Part shown: one piece after another, positions 11,154 through 24,100 of the stretch
How positions within the stretch are numbered: the stretch's first letter is position 1
Layout: each line of letters opens with the position of its first letter
From: Squalus acanthias
Lineage: Eukaryota
Reading direction: 5' to 3'
Length of the DNA stretch: 64,000 nucleotides
Assembly (NCBI GenBank): GCA_030390025.1
Contig: CM059432.1
Span: 116,996,001 to 117,060,000 of the forward strand
Translations under genes and position numbers: made by a program
The notes under the pieces: model-generated
What the model was told of the DNA's origin: nothing
Databases searched by the model: none
What the model saw: only the letters and a program-made list of their open reading frames with translations

Positions 11154-12171
11154 TGAAAGGATTCGCAAAATTTCATGTGTTCCCCCCCCCGAAGATTTTT
11201 GTTGTTGGACTTATTAATAAAGAAACCCTGGTCAGACTGAGTTTTAAAATCCAGGGCATAAAATGGCCGCGGTCGGACCTCGTGACTGAGAGCCTGGCAG
11301 TTTCATTTCAGACGCTGGGAAGCCATCAGCTCGTGTATTCTGATGTCTGCAACAGGACAGGACCTTTCCTTATGCATTACAATCAGGTCTATGCATAAGG
11401 CTTTCAAGGTGTTTGCTCAAGTAATTGGCGGGGACATTGAGACGGCGCTGGGCCCATCAACGGAACTGTTCTGGACAAACATCCAACCTGTCGAACAATA
11501 GGGTGGCAGTTGAAGAACTGGTATCACACCATTACCGGCCATCTAACATGATGGGCCGAGACCAGTACCTTTTGTTAAAATTCATCATGCCCAGATCAGA
11601 CAATAGAAATGAGCTGATCGGTAGGAAGATTAGGGCGACCGGAGTGGGTATAACTGGGAAGACCCAACCATTTTTCTCTCACTCTGCCTGGACCCGCGGT
11701 TCGCTCTGTCTGCCAGCAGCTAAGAAAGAAGACTACAAGAAACTTCGGAGCCACGTGTCGACGGCAGAAACAGAGCACAGGGCCAGGTTTTTCCATCCAT
11801 TTCAACGGTGAGCATTATCTTCTAGCTGTCGCAAGACAATTCTAGTTAGGCATAAGGGCGGGGTTTAATGGGGATATTGCTAAAATTGTAATTTTAGGAT
11901 GTTCCCTCGTTGTGTCCGTTCTCTTCCCATGCTAAGTGAAAAACCGTTTTCAGATGATACTGTTTCTCTGTAGTTTTACTTCTGTAAATAAACATTGGTT
12001 TTCCTCGCACCAATCCACGAGTATGTTCGTTTGTCCTTATCGCCGCTCGATATGTCCTGGGCTCAGAACTAATAATAAGGGGCAGCGATTCACAACCGCA
12101 CAGCGGGCAGGCAGTCCAGGAAAACATAACTGGCTGACCTACAAATAAGCCCGAGACAAAAAACCCTTACA
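11154..12171 (+). repeat. 3' LTR
   Basis: Copy of the 5' LTR with roughly 30-35 differences by eye; preceded by CACAGGGGGTAC (PPT-like). Confidence 0.96.
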
Positions 12172-15100
12172 AGAGAGAGAGAGAGCGGAGATCCCAGAGT
12201 ATAAAGAGAGAGAGAGAGAGCGGAGACCTGAGAGTATAAAGAGAGAGAGCGGAGATCCCAGAGTATAAAGAGAGAGAGAGCGGAGTCCCCAGAGTATAAA
12301 GAGAGAGAGAGAGAGGCGACCGCAGAATATAAAGAGAGAGAGAGAGCGTAGACCCCAGATTATAAAGAGAGAGAGAGTGGAGACCCGAGAGTATAAAGAG
12401 AGAGAGAGCGGAGACATCAGAGTATAAAGAGAGAGAGAGCGGAGACCGCAGAGTATAAAGAGAGAGAGAGCGGAGACCCCAGAGTATAAAGAGAGAGTGA
12501 GCGGAGACCCGAGAGTATAAAGAGAGAGAGAGAGCGGAGACCCCAGAGTATAAAAAGAGAGAGCGGAGACCCCAGAGTAAAAAGAGAGAGAAAGACCAGA
12601 GACCCGAGAGTATAAAGAGAGAGAGAGCGGAGCCCGTGAATATAAAGAGAGAGAGAGCGGAGTCGCCAGAGTATAAAGAGAGAGAGAGCGGAGACCCCAG
12701 AGTATAAAAAGAGAGAAAGACCGGAGACCCGAGAGTATAAAGAGAGAGAGAGCGGAGCCCGTGAATATAAAGAGAGAGAGAGCGGAGTCGCCAGAGTATA
12801 AAGAGAGAGAGAGCGGAGACCCCAGAGTATAAAAAGAGAGAGAGAGCGTAGACCCCAGAGTAGAAAGAGAGAGAGATCGGAGACCCCAGAGTATAAAGAG
12901 AGAGAGATCGGAGACCTCAGAGTATAAAGAGAGAGAGATCGGAGACCCCAGATTATAAAGAGACAGAGAGCGGTAACCCCAGAGTATATAGAGAGAGAGA
13001 GCGGAGACCCCCGAGTATAAAGAGAGAGAGAGCGGACACCCGAGTGTATAAAGAGAGAGAGAGCGGAGACCCCAGAATATAAAGAGAGAGAGAGCGGTTA
13101 CCCCAGAGTATAAAGAGAGAGAGAGCGGAGAACCCCGAGTATAAAGAGAGAGAGAGCGGAGACGCCAGAATATAAAGAGAGAGAGAAATCGGAGACCCGA
13201 GTGTATAAAGAGAGAGAGAGCGGAGACCCCAGAATATAAAGAGAGAGAGATCGGAGACACGAGAGCATAAAAAGAGAGAGAGCGGAGATCCGTGAGTATA
13301 AAGAGAGAGAGAGCAGAGACCCGCGAGTATAAAGAGAGAGAGAGCGGTGACCCGAGATTATAAAGAGAGAGAGAGCGGAAACCCGAGAGTATAAAGAGAG
13401 AGAGAGCGGAGACCCGAGAGTATAAAGAGAGAGAGAGCGGAGACCCCAGAGTATAAAGAGAGAGAGTGCAGAGACCCCAGAGTATAAAGAGAGAGAGAGA
13501 GCGGAAACCGGAGAGTATAAAGAGAGAGAGAGCGGAGAGCCGAGAATATAAATAGAGAGCGGGCACCGGAGAGTATAAAGAGAGAGAGATCGGCGACCCC
13601 AGAGTATAAAGAGAGAGAGTGCGGACACCGGAGAGTATAAAGAGAGAGAGTGGAGACCACAGAATATAAAGAGAGAGAGAGAGCGGAGATCCCAGAGTAT
13701 AAAGGGAGAGAGCGGAGACCCGAGAGTATAAAGAGAGAGAGAGCGGAGACCACAGAATATAAAGAGAGAGAGAGAGCGGAGATCCCAGTGTATAAAGAGA
13801 GAGAGAGCCGAGACCACAGAATATAAAGAGAGAGAGAGAGCGGACATCCCAGAGGATAAAGAGAGAGAGCGGAGACCCTTGAGTATAAAGAGAGAGAGAG
13901 CGGTTTCCCCGGAATATAAAGAGAGAGAGAGCGGAGACCCGAGAGTATAAAAAGAGAGAGCGGAAACCGGGAAAGTATAAAGAGAGAGAGAGCGGAGATC
14001 CCAGAGTATAAAGAGAGAGAGAGCGGAGTCCCGAGTGTATAAAGTGAGAGAGAGCGGAGACCCGAGATTATAAAGAGAGAGAGCGGAGACCCGAGAGTAT
14101 AAAGAGAGAGAGAGCGGAGATCCCAGAGTATAAAGAGAGAGAGAGCGAAGACCCCAGAGCAGAAAGAGAGAAAGAGCAGAGACCCCAGAGTATAAAGAGA
14201 GAGAGAGTGGAGACCCCAGAGTATAAAGAGAGAGCGGAGACCCCAGCGTATAAAGAGAGAGAGCGGAGACCCCAGCGTATAAAGAGAGAGAGAGCGGAGA
14301 CCCCAGAGTATAAAGAGAGAGCGGAGAGACGAGAGTATAAAGAGAGAGAGAGCGGAGAGCCGAGAGTATAAAGAGAGAGAGAGCGGAGACCCGAGATTAT
14401 AAAGAGAGAGGGAGCGTAGACCACAGTGTATAAAGAGAGAGAGAGCGGAGACCCCAGAGTATAAAGAGAGAGAGAGCGGAGACCCGAGAGTATAAAGAGA
14501 GAGAGAGCGGAGACCCCAGAGTATAAAGAGAGAGAGAGCGGAGACCCGAGAGTATAAAGAGAGAGAGAGCGGAGATCCCAGAGTATAAAGAGAGAGAGCG
14601 GAGACCCCAGAGTATAAAGAGAGAGAGAGAGGAGACCCGTGAGTATAGATAGAGAGAGCGGAGACCCGAGATTATAAAGAGAGAGAGCGGAGACCCCAGA
14701 ATATAAAGAGAGAGAGCACGGAGACACCAGAGTATAAAGAGAGAGAGAGCGGAGACCCGAGAGTAGAAAGAGAGAAAGAGTGGAGACCGGAGAGTAAAAA
14801 GAGAGAGCGGAGAAACCAAGAGTATAAAGAGAGAAAGAGTGGAGACCCGAGAGTATAAAGAGAGAGAGAGAGAGCGGAGACCCCAGAGTATAAAGAGAGA
14901 AAGAGTGGAGACCCGAGAGTATAAAGAGAGAGAGCGGAGACCCCAGAGTATAAAGAGAGAGAGAGCGGAGACCCGAGAGTATAAAGAGAGAGAGAGCGGA
15001 GACCCCAGAGTATAAAGAGGGAGAGAGCGGAGACCCGAGAGTATAAAGAGAGAGAGCGGAGACCCCAGAGTATAAAGAGAGAGAGAGCGGAGACCCGAGA

Positions 15101-18100
15101 GTATAAAGAGAGAGAGAGCCGAGACCCCAGAGTATAAAAAGAGAGAGCGGAGACCCCAGAGTATAAAGAGAGAGAAAGACCAGAGACCCGAGAGTATAAA
15201 GAGAGAGAGAGCCAAGACCCGAGAGTATAAAGAGAGAGAGAGCGGAGACCGAGAATATAAAGAGAGAGAGAGCGGAGACCGAGAATATAAAGAGAGAGAG
15301 AGCGGAGACCCCAGAGTATTAAAAGAGAGAGGGAGCGTAGACCACAGTGTATAAAGAGAGAGAGATCGGAGACCCCAGAGTATAAAGAGAGAGAGAGCGG
15401 AGACCCGAGAGTATAAAGAGAGAGAGAGCGGAGACCCCAGAGTATAAAGAGAGAGAGCGGAGACCCGAGAGTATAAAGAGAGAGAGAGCGGAGATCCCAG
15501 AGTATAAAGAGAGAGAGCGGAGACCCCAGAGTATAAAGAGAGAGAGAGAGGAGACCCGTGAGTATAAATAGAGAGAGCGGAGACCCGAGATTATAAAGAG
15601 AGAGAGCGGAGACCCCAGAATATAAAGAGAGAGAGCACGGAGACACCAGAGTATAAAGAGAGAGAGAGCGGAGACCCGAGAGTATAAAGAGAGAAAGAGT
15701 GGAGACCCGAGAGTATAAAGAGAGAGAGCGGAGACCCCAGAGTATAAAGAGAGAGAGAGAGAGCGGAGACCCCAGAGTATAAAGAGAGAGAGAGCGGAGA
15801 CCCGAGAGTATAAAGAGAGAGAGAGCGGAGACCGAGAATATAAAGAGAGAGAGAGCGGAGACCGAGAATATAAAGAGAGAGAGAGCGGAGACCCCAGAGT
15901 ATTAAAAGAGAGAGAGAGCGTAGACCCCAGAGTAGAAAGAGAGAGAGATCGGAGACCCCAGATTATAAAGAGAGAGAGAGCGGAGACCCGAGAGTATAAA
16001 GAGAGAGAGAGCGGAGACAGAGAGTATAAAGAGAGAGAGAGTGGAGTCCCCAGAGTATAAAGAGAGAGAGAGCCAAGACCCGAGAGTATAAAGAGAGAGA
16101 GAGCGGAGACCGAGAATATAAAGAGAGAGAGAGCGGAGACCCCAGAGTATAAAGAGAGAGAGAGCGGAGACCCGAGAGTATAAAGAGAGAGAGAGCGGAG
16201 ACCCCTGAGTATTAAAAGAGAGAGAGAGCGTAGACCCCAGAGTAGAAAGAGAGAGAGATCGGAGACCCCAGAGTATAAAGAGAGAGAGATCGGAGACCCC
16301 CGAGTATAAAGAGAGAGAGAGCGGAGACCCGAGAGTATAAAGAGAGAGAGAGCGGAGTCCCCAGAGTATAAAGAGAGAGAGAGCGGAGACCCGAGAGTAT
16401 AAAGAGAGAGAGAGCGGAGACCCCAGAGTATTAAAAGAGAGAGAGAGCGTAGACCCCAGAGTAGAAAGAGAGTGAGATCGGAGACCCCAGAGTATAAAGA
16501 GAGAGAGATCGGAGACCCCCGAGTATAAAGAGAGAGAGAGTGGAGACCCCAGAGTATAAAGAGAGAGAGAGAGAGGCGACCGCAGAATATAAAGAGAGAG
16601 AGAGAGCGTAGACCCCAGATTATAAAGAGAGAGAGAGTGGAGACCCGAGAGTATAAAGAGAGAGAGAGCGGAGACATCAGAGTATAAAGAGAGAGAGAGC
16701 GGAGACCGCAGAGTATAAAGAGAGAGAGAGCGGAGACCCCAGAGTATAAAGAGAGAGTGAGCGGAGACCCGAGAGTATAAAGAGAGAGAGAGAGCGGAGA
16801 CCCCAGAGTATAAAAAGAGAGAGCGGAGACCCCAGAGTAAAAAGAGAGAGAAAGACCAGAGACCCGAGAGTATAAAGAGAGAGAGAGCGGAGCCCGTGAA
16901 TATAAAGAGAGAGAGAGCGGAGTCGCCAGAGTATAAAGAGAGAGAGAGCGGAGACCCCAGAGTATAAAAAGAGAGAAAGACCGGAGACCCGAGAGTATAA
17001 AGAGAGAGAGAGCGGAGCCCGTGAATATAAAGAGAGAGAGAGCGGAGTCGCCAGAGTATAAAGAGAGAGAGAGCGGAGACCCCAGAGTATAAAAAGAGAG
17101 AGAGAGCGTAGACCCCAGAGTAGAAAGAGAGAGAGATCGGAGACCCCAGAGTATAAAGAGAGAGAGATCGGAGACCTCAGAGTATAAAGAGAGAGAGATC
17201 GGAGACCCCAGATTATAAAGAGACAGAGAGCGGTAACCCCAGAGTATATAGAGAGAGAGAGCGGAGACCCCCGAGTATAAAGAGAGAGAGAGCGGACACC
17301 CGAGTGTATAAAGAGAGAGAGAGCGGAGACCCCAGAATATAAAGAGAGAGAGAGCGGTTACCCCAGAGTATAAAGAGAGAGAGAGCGGAGAACCCCGAGT
17401 ATAAAGAGAGAGAGAGCGGAGACGCCAGAATATAAAGAGAGAGAGAAATCGGAGACCCGAGTGTATAAAGAGAGAGAGAGCGGAGACCCCAGAATATAAA
17501 GAGAGAGAGATCGGAGACACGAGAGCATAAAAAGAGAGAGAGCGGAGATCCGTGAGTATAAAGAGAGAGAGAGCAGAGACCCGCGAGTATAAAGAGAGAG
17601 AGAGCGGTGACCCGAGATTATAAAGAGAGAGAGAGCGGAAACCCGAGAGTATAAAGAGAGAGAGAGCGGAGACCCGAGAGTATAAAGAGAGAGAGAGCGG
17701 AGACCCCAGAGTATAAAGAGAGAGAGTGCAGAGACCCCAGAGTATAAAGAGAGAGAGAGAGCGGAAACCGGAGAGTATAAAGAGAGAGAGAGCGGAGAGC
17801 CGAGAATATAAATAGAGAGCGGACACCGGAGAGTATAAAGAGAGAGAGATCGGCGACCCCAGAGTATAAAGAGAGAGAGTGCGGACACCGGAGAGTATAA
17901 AGAGAGAGAGTGGAGACCACAGAATATAAAGAGAGAGAGAGAGCGGAGATCCCAGAGTATAAAGAGAGAGAGTGGAGACCCGAGAGTATAAAGAGAGAGA
18001 GAGCGGAGACCACAGAATATAAAGAGAGAGAGAGAGCGGAGATCCCAGTGTATAAAGAGAGAGAGAGCCGAGACCACAGAATATAAAGAGAGAGAGAGAG

Positions 18101-21100
18101 CGGACATCCCAGAGGATAAAGAGAGAGAGCGGAGACCCCAGAGTATAAAGAGAGAGAGAGCGGTTTCCCCGGAATATAAAGAGAGAGAGAGCGGAGACCC
18201 GAGAGTATAAAAAGAGAGAGCGGAAACCCGGAGAGTATAAAGAGAGAGAGAGCGGAGATCCCAGAGTATAAAGAGAGAGAGAGCGGAGTCCCGAGTGTAT
18301 AAAGTGAGAGAGAGCGGAGACCCGAGATTATAAAGAGAGAGAGAGCGGAGACCCGAGAGTATAAAGAGAGAGAGAGCGGAGATCCCAGAGTATAAAGAGA
18401 GAGAGAGCGGAGACCCCAGAGCAGAAAGAGAGAAAGAGCAGAGACCCCAGAGTATAAAGAGAGAGAGAGTGGAGACCCCAGAGTATAAAGAGAGAGAGCG
18501 GAGACCCCAGAGTATAAAGAGAGAGAGCGGAGACCCCAGAGTATAAAGAGAGAGAGCGGAGACCCCAGAGTATAAAGAGAGAGAGCGGAGAGCCGAGAGT
18601 ATAAAGAGAGAGAGAGCGGAGAGCCGAGAGTATAAAGAGAGAGAGAGCGGAGACCCGAGATTATAAAGAGAGAGGGAGCGGAGACCACAGTGTATAAAGA
18701 GAGAGAGAGCGGAGACCCAGAGTATAAAGAGAGAGAGAGCGGAGACCCGAGAGTATAAAGAGAGAGAGAGCGGAGACCCAGAGTATAAAGAGAGAGAGAG
18801 CGGAGACCCGAGAGTATAAAGAGAGAGAGAGCGGAGATCCCAGAGTATAAAGAGAGAGAGCGGAGACCCCAGAGTATAAAGAGAGAGAGAGAGGAGACCC
18901 GTGAGTATAAATAGAGAGAGCGGAGACCCGAGATTATAAAGAGAGAGAGAGCGGAGACCCCAGAATATAAAGAGAGAGAGCACGGAGACACCAGAGTATA
19001 AAGAGAGAGAGAGCGGAGACCCGAGAGTAGAAAGAGAGAAGAGTGGAGATCGAGAGTAAAAAGAGAGAGCGGAGAACCAAGAGTATAAAGAGAGAAGAGT
19101 GGAGACCCGAGAGTATAAAGAGAGAGAGAGAGAGCGGAGACCCCAGAGTATAAAGAGAGAAAGAGTGGAGACCCGAGAGTATAAAGAGAGAGAGCGGAGA
19201 CCCCAGAGTATAAAGAGAGAGAGAGCGGAGACCCGAGAGTATAAAGAGAGAGAGAGCGGAGACCCCAGAGTATAAAGAGAGAGAGAGCGGAGACCCGAGA
19301 GTATAAAGAGAGAGAGCGGAGACCCCAGAGTATAAAGAGAGAGAGAGCGGAGACCCGAGAGTATAAAGAGAGAGAGAGCCGAGACCCCAGAGTATAAAAA
19401 GAGAGAGCGGAGACCCCAGAGTATAAAGAGAGAGAAAGACCAGAGACCCGAGAGTATAAAGAGAGAGAGAGCCAAGACCCGAGAGTATAAAGAGAGAGAG
19501 AGCGGAGACCGAGAATATAAAGAGAGAGAGAGCGGAGACCGAGAATATAAAGAGAGAGAGAGCGGAGACCCCAGAGTATTAAAGAGAGAGGGAGCGTAGA
19601 CCACAGTGTATAAAGAGAGAGAGATCGGAGACCCCAGAGTATAAAGAGAGAGAGAGCGGAGACCCGAGAGTATAAAGAGAGAGAGAGCGGAGACCCCAGA
19701 GTATAAAGAGAGAGAGCGGAGACCCGAGAGTATAAAGAGAGAGAGAGCGGAGATCCCAGAGTATAAAGAGAGAGAGCGGAGACCCCAGAGTATAAAGAGA
19801 GAGAGAGAGGAGACCCGTGAGTATAAATAGAGAGAGCGGAGACCCGAGATTATAAAGAGAGAGAGCGGAGACCCCAGAATATAAAGAGAGAGAGCACGGA
19901 GACACCAGAGTATAAAGAGAGAGAGAGCGGAGACCCGAGAGTATAAAGAGAGAAAGAGTGGAGACCCGAGAGTATAAAGAGAGAGAGCGGAGACCCCAGA
20001 GTATAAAGAGAGAGAGAGAGAGAGCGGAGACCCCAGAGTATAAAGAGAGAGAGAGCGGAGACCCGAGAGTATAAAGAGAGAGAGAGCGGAGACCGAGAAT
20101 ATAAAGAGAGAGAGAGCGGAGACCGAGAATATAAAGAGAGAGAGAGCGGAGACCCCAGAGTATTAAAAGAGAGAGAGAGCGTAGACCCCAGAGTAGAAAG
20201 AGAGAGAGATCGGAGACCCCAGATTATAAAGAGAGAGAGAGCGGAGACCCGAGAGTATAAAGAGAGAGAGAGCGGAGACAGAGAGTATAAAGAGAGAGAG
20301 AGTGGAGTCCCCAGAGTATAAAGAGAGAGAGAGCCAAGACCCGAGAGTATAAAGAGAGAGAGAGCGGAGACCGAGAATATAAAGAGAGAGAGAGCGGAGA
20401 CCCCAGAGTATAAAGAGAGAGAGAGCGGAGACCCGAGAGTATAAAGAGAGAGAGAGCGGAGACCCCTGAGTATTAAAAGAGAGAGAGAGCGTAGACCCCA
20501 GAGTAGAAAGAGAGAGAGATCGGAGACCCCAGAGTATAAAGAGAGAGAGATCGGAGACCCCCGAGTATAAAGAGAGAGAGAGCGGAGACCCGAGAGTATA
20601 AAGAGAGAGAGAGCGGAGTCCCCAGAGTATAAAGAGAGAGAGAGCGGAGACCCGAGAGTATAAAGAGAGAGAGAGCGGAGACCCCAGAGTATTAAAAGAG
20701 AGAGAGAGCGTAGACCCCAGAGTAGAAAGAGAGTGAGATCGGAGACCCCAGAGTATAAAGAGAGAGAGATCGGAGACCCCCGAGTATAAAGAGAGAGAGA
20801 GTGGAGACCCCAGAGTATAAAGAGAGAGAGATCGGAGACCCCAGATTATAAAGAGACAGAGAGCGGTAACCCCAGAGTATAAAGAGAGAGAGAGCGGAGA
20901 CCCGAGTGTAAAGAGAGAGAGAGCGGAGAACCCCGAGTATAAAGAGAGAGAGAGCGGAGACCGCAGAATATAAAGAGAGAGAGAAATCGGAGACCCGAGT
21001 GTATAAAGAGAGAGAGAGCGGAGATCCGTGAGTATAAAGAGAGAGAGAGCGGTGACCCGAGATTATAAAGAGAGAGAGAGCGGAAACCTGAGAGTATAAA

Positions 21101-24100
21101 GAGAGAGAGAGCGGAGACCCGAGAGTATAAAGAGAGAGAGAGCGATGACCCGAGAGTATAAAGAGAGAGAGAGCGGAGACCCCAGAGTATAAAGAGAGAG
21201 AGAGAGCGGAGACCGGAGAGTATAAAGAGAGAGAGAGCGGAGAGCCGAGAATATAAATAGAGAGCGGACACCGGAGAGTATAAAGAGAGAGAGATCGGCG
21301 ACCCCAGAGTATAAAGAGAGAGAGCGGAGACCCGAGTGTATAAAGAGAGAGAGAGCGGAGACCACAGAATATAAAGAGAGAGAGAGAGAGCGGACATCGC
21401 AGAGTATAAAGAGAGAGAGAGCGGAGACCCCAGAGTATAAAGAGAGAGAGTGCGGAGACCCCAGAGTATAAAGAGAGAGAGAGAGCGGAAACCGGAGAGT
21501 ATAAAGAGAGAGAGAGCGGAGAACCCAGAGTATAAATAGAGAGCGGGCACCGGAGAGTATAAAGAGAGAGAGATCGGCGACCCCAGAGTATAAAGAGAGC
21601 GACAGCGGAGACCCCAGAGTATAAAGAGAGAAAGAGTGGAGACCCGAGAGTATAAAGAGAGAGAGAGCGGAGACCCCAGACTATAAAGAGAGCGACAGCG
21701 GAGACCCCAGAGTATAAAGAGAGAAAGAGTGGAGACCCCAGAGTATAAAGAGAGAGAGAGCGGAGACCCCAGAGTATAAAGAGAGAGAGAGCGGAGACCC
21801 CAGAGTATAAAGAGAGAGAGAGCGGAGACACCAGAATATAAAGAGAGAGAGTGCGGAGACCCCAGAGTATAAAGAGAGAGAGAGAGCGGAGACCGGAGAG
21901 TATAAAGAGAGAGAGAGCGGAGAGCCGAGAGTATAAAGAGAGAGAGAGCGGAGATCCCAGAGTATAAAGAGAGAGAGAGCGGAGACCCCAGAGTATAAAG
22001 AGAGAGCGGAGACCCGAGAGTATAAAGAGAGATAGAGCGGGGAGCCGAGAGTATAAAGAGAGAGAGAGCGGAGACCCGAGATTATAAAGAGAGAGGGAGC
22101 GTAGACCCCAGAGTATAAAGAGAGAGAGAGCGAAGTCCCCAGAGTATAAAGAGAGAGAGAGCAGAGACCCCAGAGTATAAAGCGAGAGTGAGCGGAGACC
22201 GGAGATATAAAGAGAGAGAGAGCGGAGACCCCAGAGTATAAAGAGAGAGAGCGGAGACCCGAGATTATAAAGAGAGAGAGAGCGGAGACCCCAGCGTATA
22301 AAGAGAGAGAGCGGAGACCCCAGAGTATAAAGAGAGAGAGAGCGGAGACCCGAGATTATAAAGAGAGAGAGAGCGGAAACCCGAGATTATAAAGAGAGAG
22401 AGAGCAGAGACCCCAGAGTATAAAGAGAGAGAGCGGAGACCCCAGAGTATAAAGAGAGAGCGGAGACCCGAGAGTATAAAGAGAGAGAGAGCGGAGACCA
22501 CAGAATATAAAGAGAGAGAGAGAGCGGAGATCCCAGAGTATAAAGAGAGAGAGAGCGGAGACCACAGAATATAAAGAGAGAGAGAGAGCGGACATCCCAG
22601 AGGATAAAGAGAGAGAGCGGAGACCCCAGAGTATAAAGAGAGAGAGAGCGGAAACCCGAGATTATAAAGAGAGAGAGAGCGGAGATCCGAGAGTATAAAG
22701 AGAGAGAGAGCGGAGACCCCAGAGTATAAAGAGAGAGAGAGAGCGGAGACCCGAGTGTATAAAGAGAGAGAGAGCGGAGACCCGAGAGTATAAAGAGAGA
22801 GAGAGCGGAGACCCGAGAGTATAAAGAGAGAGCGGAGACCCCAGAGTATAAAGAGAGAGCGGAGACCCGAGAGTATAAAGAGAGAGAGAGCGGAGACCCC
22901 AGAGTATAAAGAGAGAGAGAGCGGAGACCCCAGAGTATAAAGAGAGAGAGAGTGGAGACCCCAGAGTATAAAGACAGAGAGAGAGCGGAGACCCGTGAGT
23001 ATAAAGAGAGAGAGAGCGGAGAACCCAGAGTAAAAAGAGAGAGAGAGCGGAGACCCGAGAGTATAAAGAGAGAGAGAGTGGAGACCCGTGAGTATAAATA
23101 GAGAGAGCGGAGACCCGAGATTATAAAGAGAGAGAGAGCGGAGACCCGAGATTATAAAGAGAGAGAGAGCGGAGACCCCAGAGTATAAAGAGAGAGAGAG
23201 CGGAGACCCCAGAGTATAAAGAGAGAGAGAGCGGAGACCCCAGAGTATAAAGAGAGAGAGAGCGGAGACCCCAGAGTATAAAGAGAGAGAGAGTGGAGAC
23301 CCCAGAGTATAAAGACAGAGAGAGAGCGGAGACCCGTGAGTATAAAGAGAGAGAGAGCGGAGACCCGTGAGTATAAAGAGAGAGAGAGCGGAGACCCCAG
23401 AGTATAAAGAGAGAGAGAGTGGAGACCCGTGAGTATAAATAGAGAGAGCGGAGACCCGAGATTATAAAGAGAGAGAGAGCGGAGACCCGAGAGTATAAAG
23501 AGAGAGAGAGCGGAGACCCCAGAGTATAAAGAGAGAGAGAGCGGAGACCCCAGAGTATAAAGAGAGAGAGCACGGAGACACCAGAGTATAAAGAGAGAGA
23601 GAGCGGAGACCCCAGTGTATAAATAGAGAGAGCGGAGACCCCAGAGTATAAAGAGAGGGAGCGCGGAGACACCAGAGTATAAAGAGAGAGAGAGCGGAGA
23701 CCCCAGTGTATAAATAGAGAGAGCGGAGACCCCAGAGTATAAAGAGAGAGAGCACGGAGACACCAGAGTATAAAGAGAGAGAAAGCGGAGACCCGAGAGT
23801 ATAAAGAAAGAGAGAGAGCGGAGACCCGAGATTATAAAGAGAGAGAGCGGAGACCCCAGAATATATAGTGAGAGAGAGGGGAGTCCCGAGTGTATAAAGA
23901 GAGAGAGAGAGTGGAGACCCGAGAGTATAAAGAGAGAGAGAGCGGAGACCCGAGAGTATAAAGAGAGAGCGGAGACCCCAGAGTATAAAGAGAGAGCGGA
24001 GACCCGAGAGTATAAAGAGAGAGAGAGCGGAGACCCCAGAGTATAAAGAGAGAGAGAGCGGAGACCCCAGAGTATAAAGAGAGAGAGAGTGGAGACCCCA

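Larger units (their letters stand above)
4198..12171 (+). mobile_element. Endogenous LTR provirus: gag, deleted pol, env (lokiretrovirus-like, non-autonomous)
   Basis: Two 1018-bp TG...CA LTRs, a PBS, a G-rich tract before the 3' LTR, gag with CCHC, a DTG protease motif and env. Flanks AGAA and AGAG fit a 4-bp TSD with one mismatch inside a satellite monomer. Confidence 0.93.

Noticed and set aside
11425..11811. 128-aa ORF in the 3' LTR as an accessory gene
   Set aside because: Non-ATG start, interrupted in the 5' LTR, and no recognisable motif.
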